Made by a program: the position numbers and the translations under genes | In this document: positions 36,128 to 47,600 of the stretch, piece after piece | Layout: each line of letters opens with the position of its first letter | Position numbering within the stretch: the stretch's first letter is position 1 | The notes under the pieces: generated by a model | Seen by the model: only the letters and a program-made list of their open reading frames with translations | The model's database searches: none | Told to the model about the DNA's origin: nothing | DNA from: a virus | Reading direction: 5' to 3' (one strand) | IMG/VR virus record: IMGVR_UViG_3300023210_000011 | Coordinates: 32,001-96,000 of that record | DNA: 64,000 nucleotides

Positions 36128-39100
36128 TGCCGAGCACCCTCGAGACTCACCGCCTCGGCGTGGCCGACCTGAATCGGCGGCCAACCGCGCGAGTGACTCC
36201 CGAAGAGGCGACCGGCATCCTCGGCGCCATTCTGCCCATCAGTGGTGCAGGTTCCACCCTCGAGGGGCAGCCCTTCGACGACATGGCGTACACCTGGACC
36301 CTCCGCGCCCCCATCGGGAGCGAGGCCGAGCTGCGCTTTGAGGATTCTCAGCAGCAGGTGGCGCAGCTCGAAGGGGACATCACCGGGGTCTACATCGTCA
36401 GCCTCGTAGTCTCCGCCAATGGCCTGGACAGTGAGGCGGCAGAAGCTGCGCTCTTCTTCTCGGCCGCCACGGTACCTGCAGTCCGCCGTCACAATGTGCC
36501 GGGCGACTTCATGTTCTCGGTGCTGTCGGATTTCTGGCGCTTGGTGAACGACCGGGAGGTCTTTCCCATCGTCTGGTCTTCCTACACGCAGGCGGTGGCC
36601 TCAGACTACCTGCGGGCATTCCAGATCGATCGAGCGAAGTCGATTGCGACTGTTCAGCCGCTCTTCCAGGCGCGGTGGATCGATTTCAGTCCTGTAGTGG
36701 AGATCTCCGCACCCGAGGTGGACGCCATCTTTGGGTACCCGCAGAGCGGGACTGGAGCGTTCACTGGCAGCGTGACCTTCGTGGGGCAGGGGATTGTGGT
36801 CTCCCGGAGGGAGCTCCGCCTTCTGGGCGGGACCACGTCTCTGGCCATCGGGACTGACCTCCAGATCTTCGCCGGCTCCAGTGCAGGCGAGTACCAGATC
36901 AACCGGCTGAGCGCAGATGAGCAGGGGTACGTGGTGTCGGGCTCGACTCCGCTTCCCGGGAAAGATGTGGTCTTTTCCGGTGTGGACCTGGTGGCCCCTG
37001 TCTCTTCCCTGGATGCGCCCTACGCGCCCAGCACGGACTTCGAGGCAGAAGGAGTGGAGGTTGGAGACTTCCTTTCCATCTCTACGGGCCGTAATGCCGG
37101 GTACTACGAGGTGACTGCGGTGTCCGGGGCGACCCTGGCCGTCTCCCCCTCTCTGCCGTTCCGAGGGTCGAACATCTCGTTCGAGTTCCTGCGTCCGGTG
37201 CGCTGCAGCTTCCTGCGTCCTGCGGGCGCCGCCACCTCCACGGTCTACATCCCGTTCGACGAGGCAGATCTGACTGTCTACGACGCGCAGGATGTCCGCG
37301 GGGCCGGAGAGGTGGTGGCGCCGTACGAGATCACAGTTCAGGCAGAGCACGTCCTGGATTCCGCCCTCGGGCGGGAGCTTGTGATCCTCTCGGGGTCGCT
37401 CTCTGGGCAAAGATTCCCGATCTCTACGATCAACTCGGCGGGCTCTGGGTACATCGTCTCGCGCGCCATCCCACTGGAGACGTTCCCGGAGACCGTCCAG
37501 TACGGCTTTGTCGTGGGACGGGGGATTCAGGAGCGAATCCTGGCCCTCGATGGCGTTGGGCACCAGATCGCGTCGTACGAAGTCATCCGAGGATTGCCGC
37601 CAGAGGACGCCGGAGGTCGCGGAGACCTCTGGGCCGTGCGACTTGCCTCCGCGACAGCACCGGCCGGCGTAGAGGCGCTGCCGTGGCGAATCAGCCCCAT
37701 CCTGAGATCCTCCGAGCAGGATTTCCAGGGCTTGGCGGTTCGTGCGGGAGATCTGCTCTACCTTGAGGTGAGCCGAGTAGACCTCGAAACCGCCACGCTG
37801 GTCCCCGCACAGGTGACGGGGGTGTCCGGGTCTGTAGTGGCGTTCGAGCTCGGAACGGGAGAGCTCGAGTACGGAACGGACGAGGACGGCAGGTACTACC
37901 GGGGTGAGCTCTCTGCCGAGGAGATTCTGCAGATCTCCGGAGATCTCTCCATCCCGACGGTGACAATCGGGTCCACGGATGAGGCGCTGCTGACCAACGC
38001 GGCGCTGGACATCTACGCCCTGCTGAACGGGTCTACGTTCCGGCGAGAGATGTCCAACCTGCCGCTGGATCCGACTACATCGGTGGATCTGGGCGGGTTC
38101 TTCACGATTCGCGTGTGGCCGAAGAAGATCGTGCGGAACTCCGCCATCCCGCTCCTCGACCTGGTTGATCCGATCTACTCGGTCCCCGCCCTGTTCGAGT
38201 ACCCCACAGCAGAGAGCGTGGCAGAGACCGCAGACGGCTGGCAGATCACCTACGAGGATCGGACCTCTGCCCTGCTGGACCGTGAGCCCGTACAGATGGT
38301 CGAGAACTCCGACTACCTGCTGGTCGGTTCCACGGTCTCTGGTGCCGCGCTGAGTACGACATCGGGTAGCGCCCGAGTCTCCATCGCAGACGTAGACCTT
38401 GTGTCCTCGGGCATCCGTGGTGGGGATAGCTTGGAGCTCCTGACGGGGCTTAGCAAGGGCACCTTCGTGGTTCGCGCGGTGCTGTCGGCATCGGATCTAC
38501 TGATCACCCCTCGGGATGTGGATGGCCGCTACCCCGTGGCCACAGAGTCCGCGGTTGAGTTCACCATCTCCCGTGCGGAGGCGGTCACTACCCTTGAGAT
38601 GGTGCGCAGCTTCTCTCCCTCGAGCCCTGCTCCAGAGGTCTTGTGGGCGCCGCTCGTCCTGCTGGAGAACACTCGGTACATCGAGGACAACTTCGGCCTC
38701 ATGGTTGGGGCGGAGCGGGCAGATCTGGATGCGTTCGGCACGACGCAGATCACCTACCGCTCGGCGGTCGCGGGCCTCATGTACGCATGGGCGACCGGGC
38801 CAGTGCTCAGAAGCGCGGAGATCGGGGCGCACATCCTGGGAGATCTGCCGGTGACGGAGAAGCTCTGTGAGATCGTGGAGATCAACACGGAGTACACAGA
38901 GAACTACGGGCGCGTCCTGGTGGAAGAGCTCAACAATGAGGGGACCGGGACAGGCCTTCTCCAGAGCTACCGGTACCGCCGTTCAGATCTCTACAGCCTC
39001 GCCACCTTCCGGGGCCTGGCACTCAACCCCGAAACGGGGCTGACCTTCGCGGAGGGGGACATCCTCGCCCCGTTCACCCCACTCACGAACAGCATCCTGG

Positions 39101-40890
39101 TCACAGATCGGATCGAGCGCCCAAACTGGTGGCGCGAGTTCTCGGATGTCGCAGGAAGCGTAGAGCTCCAGAAGTACCACTCCTGGCAGGTGGAGGTAGA
39201 TCTCCAGGCCACGGACTCGAGAGACCTGCCGCTGATCGCGGACTTCCTGGGGAAGATTCGCCCGATCTACACCAAGCCCACAGTGCTCGGTGTCCTGTCT
39301 CTCTTGGACACAGTGACCGTAGAGGACGATCTCTCGTTCATCCTCGACGCGTTCCTCTACGACGATCCCGCGTTCAGCAGGCAGTCGAGCCACATGTTCG
39401 ACGACTACAGCGGCAGCAGCCTGGCGCTACGTCGAGTGGACTTCGGGAGTCAGAGCGTCCGTTCGCTGTTCCAGGGAGATGACCTGGTGATGAGTGCCGG
39501 CTCAGGGGTGCTCACGTCTGCCCGTGGGGGGTTCCTCACAGGGACAGTGGGCGACGATGTCACCCTCCCGTACATCAACCGCATTTTTGAGGACGAAGTC
39601 CAGATTCGTGGAGAGGGCTTCGTGCGTGCGGGAGACCACTTCTTCATCACCTCCGGCCCAAACCGGGGCCGCTACGAAGTGTCCACCGTAGACTCTGACA
39701 CGCAGGTCACGGTGGTCCAAGCAGATGGAGAGGTGCCCCGAAGCCTGGAGATCTCCGCAGTCCAGGACGACTCCGAGGCGTACTTCCACATCGTCCGAGA
39801 CACGAGCCCGATTCTGTCCACGGGAACCCTGACTGCGATCGACGCGAACACCGTCGTGGACTCCAGCGCGACGTTCCGGTCAGATGGGGTGACCTCGGAA
39901 GACCGGCTCATCGTGCTGTCCGGCGCCAACCAGGGGGTGTACCGGATCTTCGCAGCTGGGGTGTACGACCCCACCCCTGAGATCTTCGTAGATCAGGAGA
40001 CAAAGCTCACCCTCGAGACTGAGCTCCCCGATTCTGGGGATCTGGAGGACTACCGGATCGAGAGGTGGGCGCTGGGAGCCAACCCCGTCTTCTCCTCCGC
40101 GGCTACCGGCACCATCGGGGGAACCATCATCACCGCTACGGATGTGTCGCTGTACGATGTCGAGCGGGATGACCGAGTCGTAGACCAGGCCTCCGGCGCG
40201 GTCTACCGGGTGATTGCCACTGTTGGGGATGAGATCTTCGTAGACCGCGCCCTTGAGGCGACCATCGCAGGCGACATCGAGGTCAACAAGCTGGTCTTCG
40301 AGGGAGACGGGGATGATAGCGACTACCGCCTCGAGCGCCTCATGGGGTACGACCTGCTTGAGATGGACATCTACTGGCCCCTGACCCTCGTGGATACCTT
40401 CGTCTCCATGACGCTGACCATCGACGGGGACGTGGCGGATGCCGGAGCTGCGCCTTCTGCGGTGGCGGGAGACGTGCTCATCCTCCCGATTGAGTGGACC
40501 GACGCCGACGCCGACCTCACACCCGACCCTGACGAGGTCACCACAAGCGTGTCCCACGGGGCGTACCGGATCACCGGCATCTCCGGGAACGAGATCACAG
40601 TTGACTCGACCTTCCCCGGGGTAGAGGTGGGGGTCACCCCCGAGTCCGGGGTTCCGGGGTACACCTACACTCCTGCAGCCTCCTTCCAGGTCACCGGGAC
40701 CGGAGACACGATCGCCTGCGCAGACGACGTGGAGATCTTGGGCGTGCGCCCCGGAGACTTCATCGAGATCGAGGATTGGACGGTGGCGATCTTGGGGGTC
40801 AGTGGGGCGTACCTGACTCTGGCGGAGACCACAGATCTCACGATCGGGGCCTCCTACACTGGTAGAATCTTCAGGAAGGAAACTCCGTGA
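36127..40890 (+). CDS. Giant baseplate wedge protein (gpI/gp7-like) with N-terminal PKD-like domain
   Basis: YTWTLRAP...GVYIVSLVV is PKD-like; LIADFLGKIRPIYT is a wedge-like motif; many repeated beta modules. Confidence 0.65.
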   Translation: MPSTLETHRLGVADLNRRPTARVTPEEATGILGAILPISGAGSTLEGQPFDDMAYTWTLRAPIGSEAELRFEDSQQQVAQLEGDITGVYIVSLVVSANGLDSEAAEAALFFSAATVPAVRRHNVPGDFMFSVLSDFWRLVNDREVFPIVWSSYTQAVASDYLRAFQIDRAKSIATVQPLFQARWIDFSPVVEISAPEVDAIFGYPQSGTGAFTGSVTFVGQGIVVSRRELRLLGGTTSLAIGTDLQIFAGSSAGEYQINRLSADEQGYVVSGSTPLPGKDVVFSGVDLVAPVSSLDAPYAPSTDFEAEGVEVGDFLSISTGRNAGYYEVTAVSGATLAVSPSLPFRGSNISFEFLRPVRCSFLRPAGAATSTVYIPFDEADLTVYDAQDVRGAGEVVAPYEITVQAEHVLDSALGRELVILSGSLSGQRFPISTINSAGSGYIVSRAIPLETFPETVQYGFVVGRGIQERILALDGVGHQIASYEVIRGLPPEDAGGRGDLWAVRLASATAPAGVEALPWRISPILRSSEQDFQGLAVRAGDLLYLEVSRVDLETATLVPAQVTGVSGSVVAFELGTGELEYGTDEDGRYYRGELSAEEILQISGDLSIPTVTIGSTDEALLTNAALDIYALLNGSTFRREMSNLPLDPTTSVDLGGFFTIRVWPKKIVRNSAIPLLDLVDPIYSVPALFEYPTAESVAETADGWQITYEDRTSALLDREPVQMVENSDYLLVGSTVSGAALSTTSGSARVSIADVDLVSSGIRGGDSLELLTGLSKGTFVVRAVLSASDLLITPRDVDGRYPVATESAVEFTISRAEAVTTLEMVRSFSPSSPAPEVLWAPLVLLENTRYIEDNFGLMVGAERADLDAFGTTQITYRSAVAGLMYAWATGPVLRSAEIGAHILGDLPVTEKLCEIVEINTEYTENYGRVLVEELNNEGTGTGLLQSYRYRRSDLYSLATFRGLALNPETGLTFAEGDILAPFTPLTNSILVTDRIERPNWWREFSDVAGSVELQKYHSWQVEVDLQATDSRDLPLIADFLGKIRPIYTKPTVLGVLSLLDTVTVEDDLSFILDAFLYDDPAFSRQSSHMFDDYSGSSLALRRVDFGSQSVRSLFQGDDLVMSAGSGVLTSARGGFLTGTVGDDVTLPYINRIFEDEVQIRGEGFVRAGDHFFITSGPNRGRYEVSTVDSDTQVTVVQADGEVPRSLEISAVQDDSEAYFHIVRDTSPILSTGTLTAIDANTVVDSSATFRSDGVTSEDRLIVLSGANQGVYRIFAAGVYDPTPEIFVDQETKLTLETELPDSGDLEDYRIERWALGANPVFSSAATGTIGGTIITATDVSLYDVERDDRVVDQASGAVYRVIATVGDEIFVDRALEATIAGDIEVNKLVFEGDGDDSDYRLERLMGYDLLEMDIYWPLTLVDTFVSMTLTIDGDVADAGAAPSAVAGDVLILPIEWTDADADLTPDPDEVTTSVSHGAYRITGISGNEITVDSTFPGVEVGVTPESGVPGYTYTPAASFQVTGTGDTIACADDVEILGVRPGDFIEIEDWTVAILGVSGAYLTLAETTDLTIGASYTGRIFRKETP

Positions 40891-41069
40891 GGCACAAGGA
40901 CGTCCCCAAGGTCCGAGACTCCCTCCTCATCCAGGGCGGTACTCGCGGCGAGAAGAGGGGTGGGCTAAGATCGGAAACCGGCGGACCCGTCGATCCCGCG
41001 CTCATCGCGAAGAACTTCGGTGTCAGCCTCGAAGAAGCCGAAGAGATCAGCCGGAGGCTGTCCCGATGA
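40887..41069 (+). CDS. Small hypothetical protein
   Basis: GTGA and ATGA coupled on both sides. Confidence 0.6.
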   Translation: MRHKDVPKVRDSLLIQGGTRGEKRGGLRSETGGPVDPALIAKNFGVSLEEAEEISRRLSR

Positions 41070-41689
41070 ACCTCAACTTCCTGAAGCTGCTCCCGTTCTT
41101 CGGAGCCAAGACTCTCGAAGACCACAAGACGGCCCCCGCGATCGAGGGATTCGTCAAGATCGAGACCCGAGAGGGCGGGAAGCGGCGGCAGTACGTCGAA
41201 GGAAAGAACATCTGGACGCTCACGGGACGTGAGTACCTCTCGGAGCTCATCGCTCTTCGTGTGGTCACGCCGCGTGACACCTTCCGGAATGACCGAATCG
41301 CCTTCATCGGCATGGGAGGGGGATCTCAGGCGGAGGTGGCGAACATCAGCAGCCTGGTGGATCCCCTGCCCTACGCTCCCGCGGAGTTCCTGGCGAGAGT
41401 CAAGACCCCGGCGACGTTCCCGGCCTCGGCATCCTCGTCCGCCCGCACAGCGGTGCGCTTCGTGCGTGAGTACGGACAGACAGAGCTCAGTCTCGGTGCC
41501 ACTGCCATCCTGACGGAAGCCGGTCTGTTCACCGATGGCGACCCCGACAGTGATTGGGACACCTCGTCCCCGATCACAGGATTCAGTGCCAGCTCGGATC
41601 GTGCGCCCATGGCGTACAAGACCTTCGAGCCGGTCAGCAAGACCAGTGCATTCACCCTCCGGGTGATCTGGGAAGTGAGGTTCCTGTGA
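41066..41689 (+). CDS. Tail-fibre attachment/collar-like protein
   Basis: KNIWTLTGREYL...IGMGGG...LTEAGLF...AYKTFEPVSKT...VIWEVRF resembles fibre-proximal collar domains. Confidence 0.55.
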   Translation: MNLNFLKLLPFFGAKTLEDHKTAPAIEGFVKIETREGGKRRQYVEGKNIWTLTGREYLSELIALRVVTPRDTFRNDRIAFIGMGGGSQAEVANISSLVDPLPYAPAEFLARVKTPATFPASASSSARTAVRFVREYGQTELSLGATAILTEAGLFTDGDPDSDWDTSSPITGFSASSDRAPMAYKTFEPVSKTSAFTLRVIWEVRFL

Positions 41690-44600
41690 GCGACTACACA
41701 CGCCGCCCGTTCCTGGCGAGCCAGACCGACAAGGTCATCCTCTCCGAGCCGGTCATCTTCGGCGTCGTCCACGTCAATGTGGATGGCGACTACGACGACA
41801 TGCCGGCGTCCGGGACGCTCGAGCTGGCCATCGAGACTGAGTCCACTTCCAGTCCGACCATCGAGACCCAGCAGTGGGACGCCGCGGTCGATGACGTGTC
41901 TCTCGCAGGGCTTGTCGCGGCGATCAACGACTCTGGATCTCCGCTCTACCCCTTCGTCGAGGCCAGCGCCTTCGAGGGGGTCCTGCGCCTGGCGTCCAAG
42001 CAGACTGGCTACCTCTCGGCAGGAAACCCTGCCTACCTGACCATCCACCCGCAGACCTCGGGTAGCGGTGTCACGGACCTCGGGCCGCTCGTAGGGTTCG
42101 CGCTCTCGCCGCACCCGACCGCCACTGTCCGGGCCGGAGATCTGGCGACATCCTCCGTGCGCGCCATGACCCAGGGGAACCGCCCCGGGTCGGTGTTCAT
42201 CGCCCGAGGGGAAGACCGCACCGGGGAGAACTTCAACCGCGCCCTGCATCGCCTGGCGATGAACCTCGACAACCACGAGGTCAAGCTGGTGCGGGATGTG
42301 GCGGTCCCGGTAGCCCTTGAGATCCCGGAAGGATCATCGCGTTTCCGTACCGACGTGGCCACGGGGCAGATCCTCGGTGTGGAGCTCACGATCGGCTTCG
42401 GGGATGACCTCGACTCGGTCTTGGCCACCGGCATCTACGTGGGCGGCCCCGCCCATGATGCGTCCATCGACGAGATCTCCAAGTTCTACTCCGTCCTGGA
42501 TCCCGACTGGAACGAGATCTCCGTGGTCTCCCACGACGACCCAGGCCCCGGGGACGTGAAGGACACTGTGGTCCGAGTGGGCACAGTTGCCTACGTCCCC
42601 TCGTCTCCTCCCGGCTCCTACGCCGACAGCGACTTCGAGCTCGACGGATCTTCGCGCGCGGCCCTGTCCAACGACCCCACGTTCGACTCCTACCGCTCCG
42701 CCTTCCAGGACTCCTCGAATCAGCCGGGCAAGGCCACCAGCGTCATCACGGAGATCGTGGATGGCGCCACAGTGGTCTGTGCGACCGCTACCTTCGAGAC
42801 CGACCTGGTCGAAGCCGGCGACATCGCGATCATCTCGAGCTCGGGGGTCTCCAGCCCCATCAACCACGATGGCGAGTACATCGTTGATGTGGTGGTGTCT
42901 GAGACCGAACTGATCTTGCGTCCAGTGGACGAGGACTCTCTGCATCTCCTGACCGACGATGGGCTGGGAAACATCGAGATCCGTCCCAACGGTGAGTTCG
43001 AAACCAGTCTGTACCTCGGCTTTGAGCCGCCGCTTCCTCGGGTCCCCTCTGGCGGAGTCAAGGTCATCCTGGGCATGCAGGACGGCTTCGGAGACATGCC
43101 GCGGGACTTCCTGCTGGTGCCCGCTGTCAACTCAGCTGACGAGGTCGATGGCTGGGTCCTGAAGAACCTCTTCCGTGCGCTCAACCTGCAGGGCATCTAC
43201 GACGGGCAGGGACAGGACAAGGGCTCCGGGTTTCATGCGGACGCCACGCATCGTCCTCTCACGATGCACTCCATCCCCGAGGCGAACTCTCCGTCCTCCG
43301 TCCGGACGGGGGCCTCTGGGACCATCCAGGCCGGCTCAAACTGGTTCACCATCGGCACAGGTGACGAGTTCACCCTGCCCGATGTGGGACGATCGTTCAC
43401 GTTCACGCTGTCCGGCACGGAGCACCACGACTGGCGGATCTCTCGACTGATCGACGCGCGTACCGTGGAGCTGGTCCCTCCCCCGCATCAGATCGGTACT
43501 GTCCTGGCCACGGGCAGCGTCAGCGCCTGGGAGATCTTCGATACGATGCTGCCGGACTTCCAGGCAGCCATCAGCTCGGTGACAGAGTCCGCCCGAGCCG
43601 GAGGATTCCACCACACGAAGGTCAACGACGGAACCTCGAGTGGTGACCTCTCCTTCGCCCACCTCGAGCACATCACTGAGTTCGAGGCGTTTGGCTCGAG
43701 CGTGGGGGCCGTCAGTCTCCCCACCCTGACTGCGGCGCTGTCTGGCGACGAGCTCACGTTTGCAACAGTGAACGTGGATGACTGTCCGAGCATCTTCCCG
43801 ATCTCGGCCCATGCCTCTTCTCGGCGGAACGACAACATCCGTGGAGGCGTCAGCTTCGCCAAGCTGACCTCTGGCACGGATGTGGGGCTGTACCTGGTCT
43901 ACTCGACGCGCATCAGCGGGTCGGGGTCCATCGTGAAGCTCCAGAACCTGGACGGCACCTCCCCCAGCTTCGCGGCCGGGAGCGAGACCGTCTCGTTCTA
44001 CACGCTGCGCGCTGGGTTCGGGGTTCCGCTCTTCGGCGGTGCAGATGACGCTGGGAGGGCGGCCCTGTCCCTCTTCGAGGACGGGGTGCAGAAGGGAGGG
44101 GATTCGTACGCCCTTCGCGCGGGCTGGGCCGGTCCTGGTGCGGGCGTTCTGGTCACCGCGAATGACTCCTCGTTCGAGGCGCTGCTCGCTACAGCGACGG
44201 ACAAGGGCGCAGTGGGCCCCACCCTGAAGCTCGTCGCGTACGCCCCTGCCTACGGTGCGGATGTCGAGGTCCGCGGAGACCACTCGAGCTCGTCTGCGCA
44301 AGGCCGGGGCGAGTACGGCATCAAGATCGTGGTCGAGACCTACGCCCACGACATGAGCCAGGCGGACTCCACGTGGAGTGACGGCCTGCGTGGCGCTGGC
44401 GTGCAGGCGGTCCAGGAAGGGCTGGACCCCGCAGGCTCCTTCATCCGCAGGGCCGGCGGTAGCGGGTCTGTCGCGCTCCTGTACCCGGCCACCCTGTTCG
44501 TGGCGTCGCTGGGCGAGATCGACCATGTGGGCGCTGCCACGGGCATGACCCTCGTGGGAGACCTGTACCTCCCAGGCCACCAGTCCTCGGGCATCTACAC

Positions 44601-47600
44601 CGGGGGCTCCGGCACCTTCAACGAGCTCCGTCCGGGCTACACCGATCTGGATGTCGATCCCCCGACCTTCTGGGGAGACGGCGCCGCCTGGCTGGGCGGT
44701 CCATACCTCCTGGCAGATGTGGGGTCCGTCACAGTCGCCGATCCCGACTACTCGCGGTTCAACTTCGACCACGACTTCGTCGTCGATCTGACCCGTGCAG
44801 ACGCGCCAGATCTGGATGCGCGTTCTCCGGCGGAAATCGTCCACATGGGGATCCGACTGGACCTGAGTGGCACTCCCTTCGGCGGGACCATCCTGGGCGT
44901 GTGGGACAACGGTTCCGGGGTGTACCGGATGGCAGTGCGTGCCCAGACGGGCACCAGCCACACCACAGGAACCCACGACATGAAGGCCTACGGCCGTCGG
45001 TGGTTCTACAGCTACATCGATATCGCGAACTACTCGGAGATCGGTACGGGCGTCATCGCCCCCTACCAGGATCCGGGCAGCTCGCAGACATCGAACACCG
45101 TCAGCACCTCCTCGATCCCGGCAGTCATGCCGGATGTGGATCAGGGGCAGGACGGGGCCGGGGGTCTGCGCCCGCTGATCACCTACGACTTCGGAGACGG
45201 CTCCGCTGGGTTCGACTACGGGAAGCTGAACATCTCGACCCCGGATTCCGCGGGTCTGGGAGATCTGCTCTCCCTCTTCTCCTTCGGGCAGCGGTCTGGA
45301 GAGAACCTGGCGGACTACGCCACGGCGGTCGCGTCCAACGACGCGCGAGATGAGGACGCATGGCGGAACCTCGCGGGGGCGCTGACTTCGGCGATTGACG
45401 GGCACGTCTCCACTGCGCGTGCGGAGATTGGAGGCCCTGCTCCCTTCGTCAAGGGACAGGTGCCCTCTTCGCGGGATCTCCTCCGGTACGAGATGTTCTG
45501 GGACACGGATGCTGCCCTCGATCCCGCCATCAGCGGCTCCGCCCACGTAGAGGTGATCCCTAACGATGGGGTGCGGACCTTCGGCGGCTGGTCGTACTCG
45601 GCAACCCCACACTTCTCCGGAGGTGGTTCGAAGATCGTGGTCTCTCGTGACCGTGCCGATGCGGATGCCGGCTACGTCTACCTCTACCTGAAGCTCGCAC
45701 GCTCCATCGTGGAGGGGAACCTCGCGTTCCGGGTGCTCGTAGATGCCCTCCAGTTCAGCCTGGTGGACAAGAACATGATCGTGGAGATCGTGGAGGGCAC
45801 CTCGGGGTCCACCGTTCTGGCTTCCAAGACGATCTCGGTCCCCACTGGCAACAACTACGACAGGTTCGTGATCGACTTCCTCGAGTGGACACCCGAGGAT
45901 GAGCTCTCTCGGACAGACCAGGATGTGTTTCTCCGGATCTCGGCGTACCTCCACGGGCCCGCGGTCGTGGAGGCCGCAGGAGACACGTTCATGGGGGACG
46001 GGAGCTCGAACGGAGCTCCTCCCCTCTGGTACTTTCGGGGCATCAACGTCCACCCGCTCGAGCAGGGGCTCTTCAAGGGGAACCTGACGCTGCAGGGTGT
46101 GCTGCGGGCCGCCGGCCTGCGGTCGCATACTCCGATTCTGGGCCACCAGGTCGTGGGTCCGAGCTCGGTGCAGCTTCTCCAGAACGTAGGCTACGGAGAC
46201 CGGGAGTCTGACGCGGATACCTCGAGCTACGCTCGGACAACGGGAGACACGCCGACGATGCCGACCTTCGCGTCGGTGACGTACTCTCCTCTGAGTGACC
46301 CGGGAGGCATCCAGGAAGGTTCGAACGTCGGCACCCTGCCCATGTTCGAACTTTCGAGTCCTGTCCGGACGATTCAGGGCCGCGATACCCAGCCGCACAG
46401 CAAGCTGGCGTACTCCTACTCACGCTCGGACTACACCGACGGGGGGCTGGGGGCCAGTGCGTGGGGGGACACACAACCGGATCTCGACTACGGATCCCAG
46501 AACATCTCGGTGCTTGCCGGCGTCTTCAATAGCGAAGGAAGTTCGCATGATTACACGTTCACGGCCGGCACGTACGTCATGCACACGTTCGTCGGAGTCC
46601 CGGGAATCTACGACCGGACGGATATCCCCGGTGGCGAGGTAGGCAGTCACTACCTGGACGGGACCCTGAAGATCCCCAACACGGCACGGTGGGGCTACGC
46701 AGCCTTTGCCCAGCCCCAGCTCATGTTTACGGGAGACGGCGGGTCCCCCGGAACCAAGGGCCCTGCGGACGCAGACGTCCTCCACCTGTCCAACCATGTC
46801 GGCACGGTGGTTCGGTACTACCGGCCCAAATTCGAGTTTGGGTCGTTCTTCAAAGTGGGCTCTGGCAGTGCAACGGTTGACGCGTACCACCCGTACTTCG
46901 ATCCCTTCTTCTACTGGGCGTACTGCGCCTCTGGGGTGGCAGACCGCTTGTCGGACGACGAGAAGGAGCACCTGGTGGAGACGTACGGCCTTCACGCCGA
47001 CTTCTTCACAGACGTAGATCCCGATGGGAAACTGGGCTCCATGGTGCTGAAGGACCTGGTGGCCGAGGCAGACTACCGGGTGAACCCCGACTTCTGGGAC
47101 ATGCCGGGGCGCACAGGGTTTGTGATTCCTCTGGATCCTCCGCATGGGGCCCTCCTCAGCCAGCTGGAGGTGAACCTCTCGTTCATCGCAGCCGATGGGC
47201 GCTCGCGAAATGCCGACGGAGAGTACTCAGCGTCATCCTCCTTCTCGGTATGGAGGTCCAGCCCGGACAAGGATGCCCCCGCGTCGGAGTGGGTTGATCC
47301 CACAGCCTGGCGGGAGCGAGAAGGGGTGATTGTGCGTCTGTGGCGCCACAACCTCTTCGGAGAATTCGGGGCGCAGGCCCCCAACACAGGAGCATCCGGG
47401 GTCAGCAGCCCCTCCTCGGGATTCGCAGAGCTCTTGGCGGAGACGGAGGTAGATCTCAGCTCGACCACCGCCACCGCTGTTTCTGAGCATTTCGAGCTGG
47501 CGGTCGCCGAGCTGGCAGCGAACACTGCGCGAGTGGTAGACCGTCGCCGGTACAGCTATCACGCCACCGTAGAGTTCTATGTGGGGTGCCGCCGGGAGGC

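Noticed and set aside
4199-46398. Long antisense ORFs (4199-6163, 18853-20193, 43336-46398 and many others)
   Set aside because: Shadow frames of GC-rich genes with strong third-position bias; they have no motifs or RBS and lie fully opposite well-supported CDSs.
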